A DNA stretch of 64,000 nt from contig OX597819.1 of the NCBI GenBank assembly GCA_951406725.2, positions 63,798,001-63,862,000 on the forward strand. Direction: 5' to 3'. The position numbers were made by a program, and so were the translations under genes. The first letter of the stretch is position 1. Each line of letters begins with the position of its first letter. Shown here in pieces: positions 28,288 through 42,218 of this stretch. Source of the stretch: Octopus vulgaris. Lineage: Eukaryota. The notes under the pieces are model-generated. The model was not told where the DNA came from and did no database searches. It was given only the letters and a program-made list of their open reading frames with translations.

Positions 28288-28851
28288 TTGGGTTGTCCGG
28301 AAAGTTCATGCCGATTTTTAAAGAAAGAAAAATGTCAATAAATACTTGCCATTACATTTTTAATCAACCAAATATGAAGCATTTTGTTGCAAAAGGCGTC
28401 TCCATATTTCCTTTAACTTGAAAATACCCTCTTCCCAGAATTGAGATGGTTTCATGGCAAAGAATTCATCAAGGTATCTTTTTACGTCATCCAAGTAATT
28501 GAAATTTTTACAATTGAGACTATTTTGCAGAGACCTGAATAAGTGGAAAAACAAGTAGCAATATCTGATAAATATAGAGAGTGGGGTATCACATCCCAGC
28601 CGAGCTGCAGCATTTTTTGTCTGGTTCGCAAAGCATCAAGTGCCGACAACGAACTTTCTTACCCCCCAATTTAAAGGGTTACAGAATTAACACATTTCAT
28701 AGGAACATAAACCTTCTTCCTCGAAAGGATAGCTTAAACTGTGCTCTAAATGGAGGTGTAGTCAAATCCTATTTTATGGACTCAATCAGATTCTAAAATA
28801 AGTCGAAAGTGAAAATACTGTAAATCGGTACGAACTTTCCGGACAACCCAA
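28288..28851 (-). mobile_element. Internally deleted mariner element (564 bp) with both TIRs and TA TSD
   Basis: TIRs ttgggttgtccggaaagttcatgccgattt and aaatcggtacgaactttccggacaacccaa, flanked by TA. C-terminal relic HLFRSLQNSLNCKNF..LDDVKRYLDEFFAMKPSQFWEEGIFKLKEIWRRLLQQNASY. Confidence 0.92.
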
Positions 28852-30121
28852 TAGTTTGGATATAATCTATTTGTGGTAATTAATGAATAAAATCTTCTTT
28901 GCATACGAAATACCCTCTCTGCCCCTCTCTCAGACACATACACACATATATATAAGTGCACACGCATAGAAACGTATAGTCACACACACACATACATAAA
29001 CTTACTCTCATAGACACACACATTCTTACACACACATTTATATACCTATGTATATAATTATGCCAACGGCGATGCCAGCTGGCTCTATCAAATATATCTG
29101 TAACTTTCAGGCCGAACAGTTACAGCTGCCACGGACTTTGTTCTTGAATCTGATTAACTTCTCTGATCAGGATCTTAGCAGTAGTACCTACTTCCATACC
29201 TAGTTATAACACTACAATAGCAGCCTCAACACTGAGCACTCAATATGAATTTTAAATACTCAACATAGGAAGTAATTTCACATATTATTCGGCGCAGAAT
29301 TCTTTTCCTACAGACGTAATGGATTTAGCTGAAGTGATAAAAATATTTTATATTTCAGATTGTTGATAGTTCGTAGTGTATCCGAAACCCGGACTTTGAG
29401 TAGATTGTGGAAGCAAACACCAGGGAGAAGTATTTTGTCGATTTTTATGGCTAGAGCTTAACATTGAATGTACGTTGCTAAATTGAAATTTGTCAACCGG
29501 AAAGAGCAAATTTGTCAGAAAATCTCAGAATTGCAGAACTGTAAAAATTAAAAGAAAAAAAAAACTAAAGTTTCGATGAAACAAGGCAGTAAAAGAGAAA
29601 ACTAGCAATTATTTTGAGAAATACCAAAAAATATAAGGCAAGAAGTATATGTCAATTGCGAATTTGGTCGGCGAAAGGGATAACGTTATAGCTAAAAGAA
29701 CATTTTAAAATATATGAATCTTTCATGCAATTATTTCAAGGAATTTTGAATTAATTAATTATCTGCCTTCGGTATATCTTCAAGGCAAATAGTTTAGTCA
29801 TTCTTTCCGTTAGCGCCTAAAAACTCTGAATATAAAGTACTTGATTAAAACACAAGCACACACACGCACAGACATACATACATTCATATACTTACATATA
29901 TATATATATGTGTGAGTGTGTGTATGTATATGCACGTTTATATATATGTATATATGTGTATGCGTGTGTATATATAGCATATATATCTACATATATATAT
30001 ATACATACATATGTGTGTGTGTATGTATGCATGTATGTAAATACGGGTATGTATTTGTTGTATGTTCGATATTCATTAGCATACGTACACATATGAACAA
30101 CATGTACACACATGTAATATT

Positions 30122-30152
<31 letters not shown>

Positions 30153-30263
30153 CATACATATATCATGTTTGTGTGTGTGTGTATGGGCGTGTGTTTGTGG
30201 CATCGTATTGTTCACTAGACTAGAATGCCCCGAGTGAGGTGGCTTAATATATGTATAAATGAT

Positions 30264-30310
<47 letters not shown>

Positions 30311-31062
30311 GCATATGAACACGCACACACTCACAGGCAAACACACACGCACATATATAAGTATATGACTACATATTTAATTGCATATTTCTCAAATAAT
30401 TATATTGAATTATGTGTAAATAGAAGTAGACACATATGCATACAGATAAACGCACGCATGCATACTCACGCGTACACACCAACAAACATATGTACGAATA
30501 TAGCTAGGCACAAATGCATACATACCTACACACATACCTACATGCATGCATACATACATACATACATACTCAGAAGCACAAATAGATATTTAGTGAGTGA
30601 CAGAAGGAAACGGATTACGAATATCTGTCTATCTATGCATGTGTACAAACACATAGATATTACCCGACTGTCTGGAAATTGTATATTCAGTCTCACAGCA
30701 CAAGTGTATGTACAAACTTAGATATGCATGAGTATATTCACTGGCCTAGTGTGTCCGTACACGCCTGTATATATGTGCACTCTCTTATATGCTTCTGGAT
30801 CTATATTTCCGCTTTCTTATATGTGTATGGGCATAGGTTTTATTAACGTGCTATTAACACACACTTCAAATATTTGTTAAGTAATTTTCATACAGACAAT
30901 ATTTGCATACAGCTATTTGACTAGAAATCTTGGTTGTCTGGAAGAACATTTAGTTCCGCTCATGTCGAATAGCTTTCCAGTTCAGAATTTCGGTTGCCAT
31001 GTGAAAAGATCTCGTTTTCTGCAACTTCTGTTGCTACCAACGTTGCTGGTGCTGCCGCTGTT

Positions 31063-31561
31063 GTCTTCTTCTCCTTCTTCTTCTTCTTCTTCTTCTTCTT
31101 CTTCTTCTTCTTCTTCTTCTTCTTCTTCTTCTTCTTCTTCTTCTTCTTCTTCTTCTTCTTCTTCTTCTTCTTCTTCTTCTTCTTCTTCTTCTTCTCTTCC
31201 TCCTCCTTCTTCTTCTTCTTCTTCTTCTTCTTTTCCTTCTTCTTCTCCTTCTTCTTTTTCTTCTTCTTCTTCTTCTTCTTCTTCTTCTTCTTCTTCTTCT
31301 TCTTCTTCTTCTTCTTCTTCTTCTTCTGCCTCCTCCTTCTTCTTCTTCTTCTTCTTCTTCTTCTTCTTTTCCTTCTTCTTCTTCTTCTTCTTCTTCTTCT
31401 TCTTCTTCTTCTTCTTCTTCTTCTTCTTCTTCTTCTTCTTCTTCTCTTCCTCCTCCTTCTTCTTCTTCTTCTTCTTTTCCTTCTTCTTCTTCTTCTTCTT
31501 CTTCTTATTCTCCTTCTTCTTCTTCTTCTTCTTCTTCTTCTTCTTCTTCTTCTTCTTCTTC
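31063..31561. repeat. ~500-bp (TTC)n polypyrimidine/polypurine tract
   Basis: Directly visible, with recurrent (TCC) interruptions. Confidence 0.97.
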
Positions 31562-31844
31562 CAATCAGGACTCACGCCATTAGCCACAAAGAATAATCTC
31601 TAATTCGAGCCTACTCTAAGCTACTAAGAATGCGTGTGGCAACTTGAAGATCCACCTACAACACGCGATAGACTGGTGGTTGCCAAGGGCGCGAAAGCTA
31701 AGTTGTTATCCTCATTCCGTAAATCTGTGGCTTTTAACGGCTGGAGAGCTGAACCATCCTGGGGTAAAGAGAATTCGCAATCTAGACTAGGGTCTGAAAG
31801 TTTACCACCCCATAGCGGATTGCACCATGGTTCCTCTGCTTTGT

Positions 31845-32037
31845 GGCAGAAGTAGGAAGAAAGAGTGAGAGAAAGTTGTGGTGAAAGAGTACAGCGGGGT
31901 CCCCCCCTCCAACCCGCCGGAGGTTCGTGGAGCTTAGGTGTTTTTGCTCAATAAACACTCACAATGCCCGGTCTGGGAATCGAAACTGCGTTCTTACGAC
32001 CGCGAGTCCGCTGTCTTAACCACTGGGCCATTGCGCA
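31845..32037 (-). mobile_element. tRNA-derived SINE family B (5' part)
   Basis: Head gcgcaatggcccagtggttaagacagcggactcgcggtcgtaagaacgcagtttcgattccc. Confidence 0.85.
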
Positions 32038-32039
32038 TC

Positions 32040-32498
32040 CACTGCCAGTGTTATCGCCGCTGCTGCAGCCACCGTAGTAACCTTCACCACTGATGACGCC
32101 ATCGCTTCTGTTTCATTCATTACTGATACCATCCTTATTGCTACTGGCGCTACTGCAGCCACGGCTACTATCACCGCTGCTGTTTTCGCTAGTGTTGCTG
32201 CCTCTACTGTGGCATGCAGTGCTGCTGCCTGAATTTCGGCTGCCTCGCATTGCTACTGCTCCTGCCACTAAACGTGCCGCTGCCATTCTCTATCAGCAGT
32301 TACTGATGCTGTCGCTAATGCAGCCCCTGCTGCTATTGCTGCAACTGCTATTCTCTCCGCTGTTGCTACCTCAGCAGCTGCTGCCATCACTGCCGCACCG
32401 CTACTACTACTTTTGGTTTTGGTGCCGCTGCTGTGGTTTCCACCTGTGCCGCCTGTCCTGTCGCTGCTAGAGCTACTGCTGCTGCTGCTACTACTACA

Positions 32499-32567
<69 letters not shown>

Positions 32568-32580
32568 ACTACTACTGCTG

Positions 32581-32631
<51 letters not shown>

Positions 32632-32650
32632 TTACTACTACTACTACTAA
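32040..32650. repeat. Decayed (GCT/ACT)n triplet region grading into perfect (CTA)n
   Basis: Directly visible triplet periodicity. Confidence 0.85.
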
Positions 32651-32759
32651 AAAAGACGATTGCTTAACTTAAGAAATTTGACACTGCTGCGTTACTAGGA
32701 CATTTTACATGTTATGTCGTGTTTTATTGAAAATATGTGGAATATAACGGATAGTGAAG

Positions 32760-33050
32760 AGCATTTTCAGAGTTTGCGAACGATAGCAGGACGCTAGTAA
32801 CGAAATGCTGAATCTCTAATAGGTTACTCAGTGACGTCATTTTGGAACGAATTTGTTCAGTGCAAAAAATGATAGAAACCAGTCAAACGACAAAGGCAGA
32901 GTCTGTGGCAATGCGGATGTATGTATTAACAACATTTTAAATGAGTGTAGTAAACTAGCACAAAATGTGTGTAAATGTATACATGATTGCACCAATGGAA
33001 AACATTGTGATATTAGTAAAAATTCAGGATTTCAAGTTTAGGAAAACTGA
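32760..33050 (+). mobile_element. Old fragment of RLE-type (R4/Dong-like) retrotransposon
   Basis: DKGRVCG...INNILNECSKLAQNVCKCIHD resembles the CCHC + RHD region of the neighbouring copy. Confidence 0.55.
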
Positions 33051-33510
33051 ATGATATTTACTTTTATGTGTTTTGTCACTAACGAATAATGATTGTAGTG
33101 AAGTGAGCGAAGGAGATATGACACCCACAAATGAAAGAATAAATCGATTAAGATCATTAGCACAGCAATCCGGTATTTTTTAGGGGAATAAATATGAAGG
33201 AAAAGGAGAAAATTTTAAAATAAGACGTGAGGAAGATTTAACCAGAAAGATGAAAATAAACTAGACGGAAAGCGTTGACTGATTTACTGAAATAAGTGGT
33301 GCATTCGGTCCAACTCTGCAACAGATCTCGAAGAAATTGAAACTCATTCGCACTATGGCAAGCATAAGGAAATTTATAGAGAAAATAACTGAGATCATGT
33401 ATTCTGCAAGGATCCAAATTATCTATTAATATAAAATTAAGGAGAATTGTTATCATCGAGTCTTAGTATATCTCGACTAAATGTGTTATGTAACAAATAT
33501 AATAATAATA

Positions 33511-33570
<60 letters not shown>

Positions 33571-33577
33571 GTGTTGG

Positions 33578-33635
<58 letters not shown>

Positions 33636-33636
33636 A

Positions 33637-33940
33637 ATATAGCTGTCAGAGATCATGGAGAAAAAAATGTTTTCTCTGATTGATGTATCAAAACCAGCAG
33701 ATGATAACGTTTCTCTAACAGAAATGGAGAAATTTTCAAAATACAAAGATCTGGAATTACAGGTAATTGAAATGTGGAATCTAAAAACCGAAACAATTCC
33801 TATCATAGTGGGTGCATTAGGTATGATAAAAAAAGTATTTAGATGAATACATAACAAAAACACCAGGAAATACAAATATATATAACATACAGAAAATTGC
33901 ACTACTGGGCACTGCACACATCCTACGTAAAACACTTTCA
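33637..33940 (+). mobile_element. R4/Dong-like retrotransposon 3' fragment
   Basis: LIDVSKPADDNVSLTEMEKFSKYKDLELQVIEMWNLKTETIPIIVGALG...IQKIALLGTAHILRK; lies between (GAT)n and (AAC/AAT)n. Confidence 0.85.
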
Positions 33941-33996
33941 ATAATGATAACAACAACAACAACAACAATAATAATAATAATAATAATAATAATAAT

Positions 33997-35301
33997 CCGG
34001 TATTTTTTACAGCTTTTATAAGTTACAGCTACAATATCCTTAACTGGACACTGAATGAACTGACCAAAATAGATAGGGAAACAAGAAAAATAATGACAGG
34101 ATCTAGGATGCATCACCCAAAATCTGACATAGAAAGACTATATATACAACGTATAGAAGGTGGTAGAGGCCTTATACAGCTGGAAAACTACTATAAAATA
34201 ACCACCATAGGACTGCAAAAATATCTACTTCAGAAGGAAGGAAAACTGATACAAATAGCGGCAAAACATGAGCAAAACAAAAAACTGTTCTCAGTATTTA
34301 AGGAAGCTGACAAATACAAACAAGAAATCATACCACCTAATAAATATGAAGAACAAGAAGATGAAGAAACAACAAAAGCTATAAAACAAATGAAATCCAA
34401 ACTAAAAATAGAACAGCAACGAACCATGATAAGACGATGGCAAGAAACTCCCCTTCATGGTAAATACTGGACTAAACTAAACGCAAAAGTAATAGACAAA
34501 GAAAAATCCTAGCAATGGTTGAGAAGCTCAGGACTCAAAGTAGAGACTGAGGGATTTTTAATTGCAGCACAAGACCAAAGCCTCCCCACCAGAAATTACC
34601 AAAAACATGTAATGAAAGGAAATATAACAAGCAACTGCAGAATATGTGGAGATGGACAAGAAACAATGAATCATATTATCTGTGGCTGCCCAGTCCTGGC
34701 TAAGAAGGAATATATTCAAAGACATGACAGAGTTGGTACCTACATACACTGGAAGCTATGCCAACATTATGGAATAACAACAGAAAAAAGATGGTATAGG
34801 CACACACCAGAAAAGGTCACAGCAAACGAGAAAGCAACCATACTCTGGGATATGCCGATGCACACAGATAGAGAAATTAAGGTCAACAGACCAGATATAG
34901 TTGTCAGAGATCTTGAAGAAAAAAAATGCTTTCTAAGTGATGTATCAATACCGGCAGATGACAACGTGTCTCTAAAAGAAATGGCGAAACTTTCAAAATA
35001 CAAAGACCTGGAAATAGAGGTAACCAGAATGTGGAATCAAAAAACAGAAACAATTCCTATCATAGTAGGTGCATTAGGCGTGAGAAAAAATATTCAGATA
35101 AATACATAACAAAAACACCAGGACTTACAAACACATATAATATACAGAAAATTGCACTACTAGGCACTGCACACATCCTACGCAGAACACTTTCCATACA
35201 ATAACCACCAGAGCATCACAACAAATCACAGCACATACCCACGGCACACAGAGCTGCGCTCGGTAGTGAAGTGAAAGCACGCTATAAAAATAAAACTACT
35301 G
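33997..35301 (+). mobile_element. 5'-truncated R4/Dong-like non-LTR retrotransposon (thumb, CCHC finger, restriction-like endonuclease)
   Basis: HPKSDIERLYIQRIEGGRGL; LHGKY; ETEGFLIAAQDQSL; CRICG..ETMNHIICGC; RHD; NRPDIVVRD...DVSIP; KLSKY; IVGALG. In-frame TAG at 34510-34512 and a late frameshift; flanked by (AAT)n on both sides. Confidence 0.92.
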
Positions 35302-35321
35302 AATAATAATAATAATAATAA

Positions 35322-36130
35322 GGAAGTTGCTAACTAGATATGTGATACTCCAACTAAGATGTGACACAGACCGACTGTATGCATCAGGAAAAAGAGGAGG
35401 AAGAGACCCGATTGGACGCGAATGCAGCATTAGAGCAATGAAATCAACATACTAAGATGACATAGAACTGCTATTATTGGAAGTAAGAACGTCAGGCTTG
35501 TGTAGGATGGAAGATTGCAAAGATAAAGCACTGTACAATCACTTGAGAATGAATGAAACTGAAAATAGGTGAATAAAGTGAATGCAAGGATGTTGAAGAT
35601 AAGACAGAGAAAAAAGATGGCTATGGATGACTAAAAGTGATTTAAGACCAGAAACAGAGGCTTTAATCCGTGCTGCCCAAAAGCAAGCGTTAAGAACCAA
35701 TTACATCAAATACTGAATAGACAACACATCAGAAAGTGATAAGTTCAGAATTTGTGGACAAAATGGTGAAACCTATGGCATATTACGGGCCAATGTGCGC
35801 CACTATCTCTGAAAGACTATAGGAAACATCATGACAACATGCAACAAGTACGGACTAGACACACCAAAAAAGTGGTACGAACATAAACACGAAGGCATCA
35901 TCGAAAATGATAATACAAAGATCCTATGGGATTTTATGATTTAGTACGACCATGAGATGGAGAATAGGAAACCAGACATAGTCTTAATTGAGAAAGAAAG
36001 CAAGCGGTGCGGGATCATGCATATAGCATGCCCAGCTGACAACAAGGTATGCGATTAGGAAGAAAGATAAATCGCGGTCGCTGAAAAAGGTTGTAGTAAT
36101 AACAATCATTGTCGGAGCACCTTAGAAGCT
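35322..36130 (+). mobile_element. Older, divergent R4/Dong-like fragment
   Basis: Broken frames: TDRLYASGKRGGR, LRPETEALIRAAQKQALRTNYIK, HHDN, KILWDFMI, RKPDIV, HIACPAD, IIVGA. Confidence 0.8.
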
Positions 36131-36149
36131 GTGCAAAAAAATAAAATAA

Positions 36150-36265
36150 TGGTTTCAAATTTTGGAACAAGGCCAGCAATTTCAGGGGAAGTAGTTAAGT
36201 TGATTACATCGACCTCAATGTTAAAATGGTCCCTATTTTATCGACACCAAAAGTATAAATGGTAA
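36150..36265 (-). mobile_element. SINE family A 3' fragment
   Basis: ttcaaattttggaacaaggccagcaatttc...gttgattacatcgacc...ttttatcgac. Confidence 0.6.
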
Positions 36266-36414
36266 ATAATAACACCATTAATCAGAACAACAGCAATAAT
36301 AATAATGATGATGATGTTTATGATGACGAGGATAATGTATTTATTCACCAGACAAGCATGAAATAAGGTGTATTAGAATGGCAATTTTGAATTCGTGTGG
36401 GAATAATAGTAACC

Positions 36415-36800
36415 ATGCCACGCACATAAAAATCAGCAGGACTGTCAGATTTTCAAAGAGGTCGTATTGTTGGGCAATCTGAGGCTGGTCTTCGCTAGCG
36501 AAAAATTGCCGAAATCTTCAAATTTCTCTTGCTTCTGTTAATAGAATTATAGTGCAATTCAAAAGCCAAGGAATAAAGCCAACATATTCTTGTCCCGGCC
36601 GACCTGAAACCTCGGAAAGGCAGCTTCGCTGTTTGAAGAGAATTGTGGAAAACGATGCCCGTTCGAAGGCTTCTGACATTGCAAAACAGCTATAAGTTAG
36701 TCCAAGAACGAGTATTACATATCTGCATAAGCTTGGGTATTGAGGACGAGTAGCTAGAAGAAAACCTCTCTTGCAACCAATTAATATCAAATAAAAGATT
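36415..36800 (+). mobile_element. Tc1-like transposase N-terminal (HTH) relic
   Basis: PGRPETSERQLRCLKRIVENDARSKASDIAKQL*VSPRTSITYLHKLGY*GRVARRKPLL (GRP...ARRKP motifs). Confidence 0.8.
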
Positions 36801-38134
36801 TTGAAAATTAATGGTGTCTAGTTTCTTCCTGCATTTCTGTGTATAGTCAGCATACGGTGTTGGTGTGGCTGCGTGTATGTTATATGTTGTTCATAAAGAG
36901 ATGAAGATTAAATTCAAGACCCATATATTTACTGCATAAAAATATTTTTTATCTAATTTCCATGATAATACATAGAATCAAAATATATAATCAAGTTTAA
37001 TGATGTAATCTATGCAAGGAAATTCAGAGATAGAAAATAACAGATAAGCGGTAGTTTTCAGTCATATGGTGTAGAGAAATAGACGGACGGACGTGAATGG
37101 CTTTAAGTCTAATCGACTAAGAAACGAAGAGCAGGGGTTAGCTGACTGTTTTTATTAATGGAATGCTAGATTCTAGATACTTCCAAGAGAAAGGCTAAGC
37201 TTCTTGAATAATTACGTATCACGTCTCATGACACAGATGCTTCGAGAAACTTAGTAAAGGGAGGCTACTTTATAATATATTCTTCCAAGGGAGATCATTT
37301 AACTATTTAGCTACGTAGACCACTACAAACACTTGCATGATGAAAGGCAACTGAGAGTGGAGAGCTCAAAATAGAACCAGTAGATACCCGAGAGTGTCCT
37401 TTCTTATCTCTCACCCACCAATATACAGCAACATGTTTAGAGTAACCTCTAGGACCATTTAATGAAACTTACTAATGCAATTACCTACCTCTCCTAACTG
37501 TCTCTCACTAATTTACATGGTTATGTTTACTGTAATTTTATTCAATTTTACCATGTAAAACAGCCATCAACCTATTAAAGAAATAAAGAAGAGAGCATTT
37601 TACTCACAGCATGAATTTTCCTTTCAAGTGCAATTTGCAAAGATTCATGAGATCCTGAAGGAAGGGAAAGGCACATTCCTGAATAACTTTAGCCACTTCC
37701 ACTAAACACACTTTTTCGCCATCGCCCCTGAACGCAGGAACACTGTCCAACCAAATTTATTTCAAGGACAGTGAAGCAAATTTGCCTTGCACTTTTCGAT
37801 CGCCTGATCATTCCTATACGCAGCAGGAGTTTGTTGAATACAACAACACTAATCGGTAATGCATGGACCCTGCTTCAACGCATGGAGTGCTGTTTCGATT
37901 CCCCACCGATTCTCAGACAGTTAGCTTGACAGCATATTCTTGTCTGAAGATTTAATCATGTGGTAGTAGGGCCGCTCATTAGTACTGAAAATTTATTGTA
38001 TCTAATTTAGAGAGAATAGCAGAAATCTTATGGGATGGGGATATTTGGACAACGTAGAAGACTACTCCATTGTTGTATTATTTCATCGTACCCGAAAGGA
38101 TCGAAATCAAAGCTTCATACAAAATATATTTCAT

Positions 38135-38181
<47 letters not shown>

Positions 38182-38607
38182 ATAAAATATACGATATTAT
38201 CCACACATAGGTATGTATACATACAGGGATATATACACATGCGTGTGTGTATGCGTGAGAAATACTACAAATGGTATATGTGTGTGCGTGTGTATACATA
38301 TATATATATGTATATATACATATATATAAATAAGCTATTCTTATATATACAGACGCGCGCACTCACACAACTATGTATGCATATATGAATGTGTATGTGT
38401 TTGTTTTTGTCTTTATGTATATTTATACGCGTCGTAATGCATATTCTGTTTATCCTGGCCCATGTGTATTTCGGGTTGTGTAGAAAAATGCCGATCACAT
38501 TACAGATGTTAGCTTTTCCTTTTGCTTCTTTTTGCGTGATAGGTTTCCATGATGGATATGAACTGATGCTTGTAGGTAACGAGTTACAGAAACAAATATA
38601 TATATAC

Positions 38608-38657
<50 letters not shown>

Positions 38658-39064
38658 AAACTAGTAAAAAGATAAAAAAACACAAATAAATAAAAAAAAA
38701 CAACAAAAACATGGAGATCAAAAGCAGCTAACATATAAGAAGAAAAAAAGCAAAACAATTAATAAAAATGCGGGAGAAATGGGCAAGAAAAGATTCGTAA
38801 AATAAAATAATATAATATTAATAGAAGGGAAAAAAGGAAATGCGAATATAAAAAATGTCGGTAATGTTGCCAGAATATAGGTTTTTATTGCAGAATCTAC
38901 AGTGTAATGGTTTCCTACATCACAAAGCAGAGTCCAGGTCAGCCATGTCTGCGATCACTGAACTGTGAAACTTCACCACCCAGTCAGTTATTCTCTTTTG
39001 TAACGTTTGACAAATAATGTGCTGGTATACATCTATCTATCTATCTATCTATATATCTATCTAC

Positions 39065-39135
<71 letters not shown>

Positions 39136-39254
39136 ACTATCTACCTATCTATCTATCTACCTATATACCTAATATGTCCGTGTATGTATCTGTGAGTGTG
39201 TGCGACTATGTATGTATCTATGTACGTTTGCATTCAGCATACACACACATACAC

Positions 39255-39307
<53 letters not shown>

Positions 39308-39745
39308 CATATGTAGGTAAATGTATCAAATATATATATACACGCATAGATATACATACGTATATATGTCGATAAATATACATGAATATTTCTACAATAT
39401 AGGTGTACATTGGTATATATATATGTGTGTGTGTGAATGTATATAACTCTTATCAGTGTAGGTATGTACGTGCGTGTGCGCATGTGCAAACAGAAATGCA
39501 TAGACTCAGACGCATTATCCCATACACTTATACTGCTTTATATTCACTTAATTTGCTATACTTCAGTTCATATTTATATTGACTCTGACACTTTAATAGA
39601 CAAATATAAATATTCGAACACGCACCATCCAACGTACAGGTATTTGCATTTTTATGAGATTTTATATGCATCTAAACACGTACTTCCATACACCCGTATT
39701 ACATATGTACACATACATACACCACCAAGCAAATACCCAAAATTT

Positions 39746-39788
<43 letters not shown>

Positions 39789-41805
39789 GTATATATATAT
39801 ACATATATATATATATAAGGTCATGTTTAATAAAGGTGTGATTTTCTCTAGTCATATTATTATTTCTATATGTGTGTGTGTGTCTGTGTGTTACGGATGA
39901 TCAAAAAGATAAATAGTATATGTTTGATATATATACGTCCATATGCATTCATGCACTTACACATACACACAAACACACATACTCAGACAGAGATACACAC
40001 ACGCATATACACGTATACCTGTATACACACACATACATGTATACACCCACGCACACTAATACACAACGACACACATATATTCGAGATAAAAAAATATTTT
40101 TCCATCATTGCATATTGTCTTATTTTGTTACTTGTACTTAGAAGAAAACTTTGTATTTTTATCTGTGATATATCTAGATGTTATAGACTATACTCTCCTT
40201 GCATACTAATTGAAGACCTCACTTTCTCCAGGATCGTCAGCGGTGTTTCAAATACAATGCAATATATCTAGTTAAAAGCCATGGGAAATAAATTATACAT
40301 GTTAGTTTAACGAGGTGAAAATAACAGCAAAAATTGCCAATCAACGTACGTCTTAAAGTTTAATCCTTGAAACGACGTTATGTAAATAAAACAAGTACAT
40401 TTGTCTTTGAGTAAATTGGATCAGAAGCCTCTTTTATGAAGATTGCCCTCATGATGTTGATCATCACCAGAAAGCTCCCGATTATCTACTCAACCTTCTT
40501 TGTATTTTCCCTGTTTCTGAAGCCGACTGAAATAACTTCTGAAAATCCTTTTCGGAAATGCAATGGTTTTGCAATATCATTTAACCAACAATGATTCATC
40601 TATAAACATATGCACCTGCCAGACACATTGTTTATAGACTTCGGTAAACAAAAAAGAAAAAAAATACTGAAAAATGTATAAAATATTGCAGTTTTCAATT
40701 TAAAATGCCAAAACAGATTTAGCAAAGTAAACTCATCAGTCTTGCAATAATAATTTCATAACTATGTTGAAAATGACGTATCTTTTACGATTGAAGCATT
40801 CTGATAAAAAATGGTGCCATATTACTTCATGGATATAAGACAGCGTGCTGACATTCCCCAACATTTTTGATACTACGAAAAAGACTGAAATTTATTTTTT
40901 TATTCCGAATATTGTCTTGAAAACTTGCAATATATTAATTTCTCCTAAAGCCTCATACAAAATGATTTAATTAAATTTCATTAAATATTGTCCAGAGAAT
41001 TCGCCTGTAGTTACGAAACGTACATGAAATAAAAAGTGGTAATTGAGCTAATGTTACCCTGTCCTCACTGTTCACATATTAATCGCCAATTTTACCCGTT
41101 TACATAACTGTGATATTCTTAAACAAGCCCGAGTTTTTAATGTTGATGTCTCGTTCTCTAATTCTAATTCTAATCTACGGTAATGCTTTGCGTCTACTAA
41201 AACGTATTCTTTTCGTGGTTCTCTTATATGTTATCGGGCATGCACGGATACGTTTCATTGATCTACTGAAGTTTGAAATACACACGTAGTTGTTTCTCGT
41301 AGTTATTAAACATTAAGCGAGTGTTTTTCTTCCCCCCTACCATACTTCTTAATATCCTTTGGTATTCCTTTTCATTGCATTAAGTAGAGATACACTTCGT
41401 TGGGTATAAACGTTCCCGCAGAATGCGTACAACAGTAATTTTTTTCCGCCATTATATTCATTCAGGATAAGACGGCAATATTTTACTATTTTCTTTTGTT
41501 TATTCACATATTGCATCAAGTTTCCGGGTTTTTATTAAATCTTCCATATGACATGTAATTGTCAATATAACTCATTCTATCTCTAAATGGGTTGCATAAC
41601 AAAGCATTATAAATTATATGAAATTGCAGTCGCAAAGCAGCATCAATTACTATAATCGTCTTTCTTTACATATTTTAAGACTAGTGATTTCACTGATTAA
41701 ATGGATTTTATGACTTACACCAATAAAATCTTAAATTATTATTGTCAGTGGAACTATTACCACGCATACAAAATATCTTATGTTACATTGTATTGGATAT
41801 ATTAG

Positions 41806-42218
41806 GAAAACCTTTTGTGGGTGCCGTATCGATGATACTTTCTGAATAGGGCTACACGAAATAACGAGGGCATCTCCGAGTGGTGGATCGGATCATTGCA
41901 ACAAATTGCAGCAATATATCTCTCTCACTTATACTCCACAGCTTCAAGAAATTTTCTTGAGATACGCTGGAATGTGATCAGAGATAAGGCCGAAGCATAA
42001 AAATAGTAATGGCCACAGATAGAATGCCTTTGCTCAGAGTTTACTCAAACAGCAACTATTGCAAGTACGGAACGTCTACTTACGTCTGGCGAGTTCAAAT
42101 TGACCAGTCAATCAGTTATGGTAGTGATTACGATATATGGAATGGCGATGAATACAGTGCATATAGCACTAAATACCAGAATCCTATGGTTCGTGCCACA
42201 TTATGTAACAAATCGTAG
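41806..42218 (+). pseudogene. Candidate disrupted terminal coding exon of an unidentified protein
   Basis: AG at 41804-05, then ENLLWVPYR*YFLNRATRNNEGISEWWIGSLQQIAAIYLSHLYSTASRNFLEIRWNVIRDKAEA, a 1-nt frameshift at ~41998, then IKIVMATDRMPLLRVYSNSNYCKYGTSTYVWRVQIDQSISYGSDYDIWNGDEYSAYSTKYQNPMVRATLCNKS*; AATAAA at 42247. Confidence 0.5.

Noticed and set aside
30917-31603. Poly-K/E, poly-S/F/L ORFs of 200+ aa
   Set aside because: They are artefacts of the (TTC)n tract.
31965-32037. tRNA-like sequence (also 27030-27100, 19107-19195)
   Set aside because: No complete cloverleaf; these are SINE heads continuing into shared SINE bodies.
32093-32672. Leu/Ala/Thr-rich ORFs resembling signal peptide or mucin
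   Set aside because: They come from degenerate GCT/ACT triplet repeat with no splice or domain evidence.
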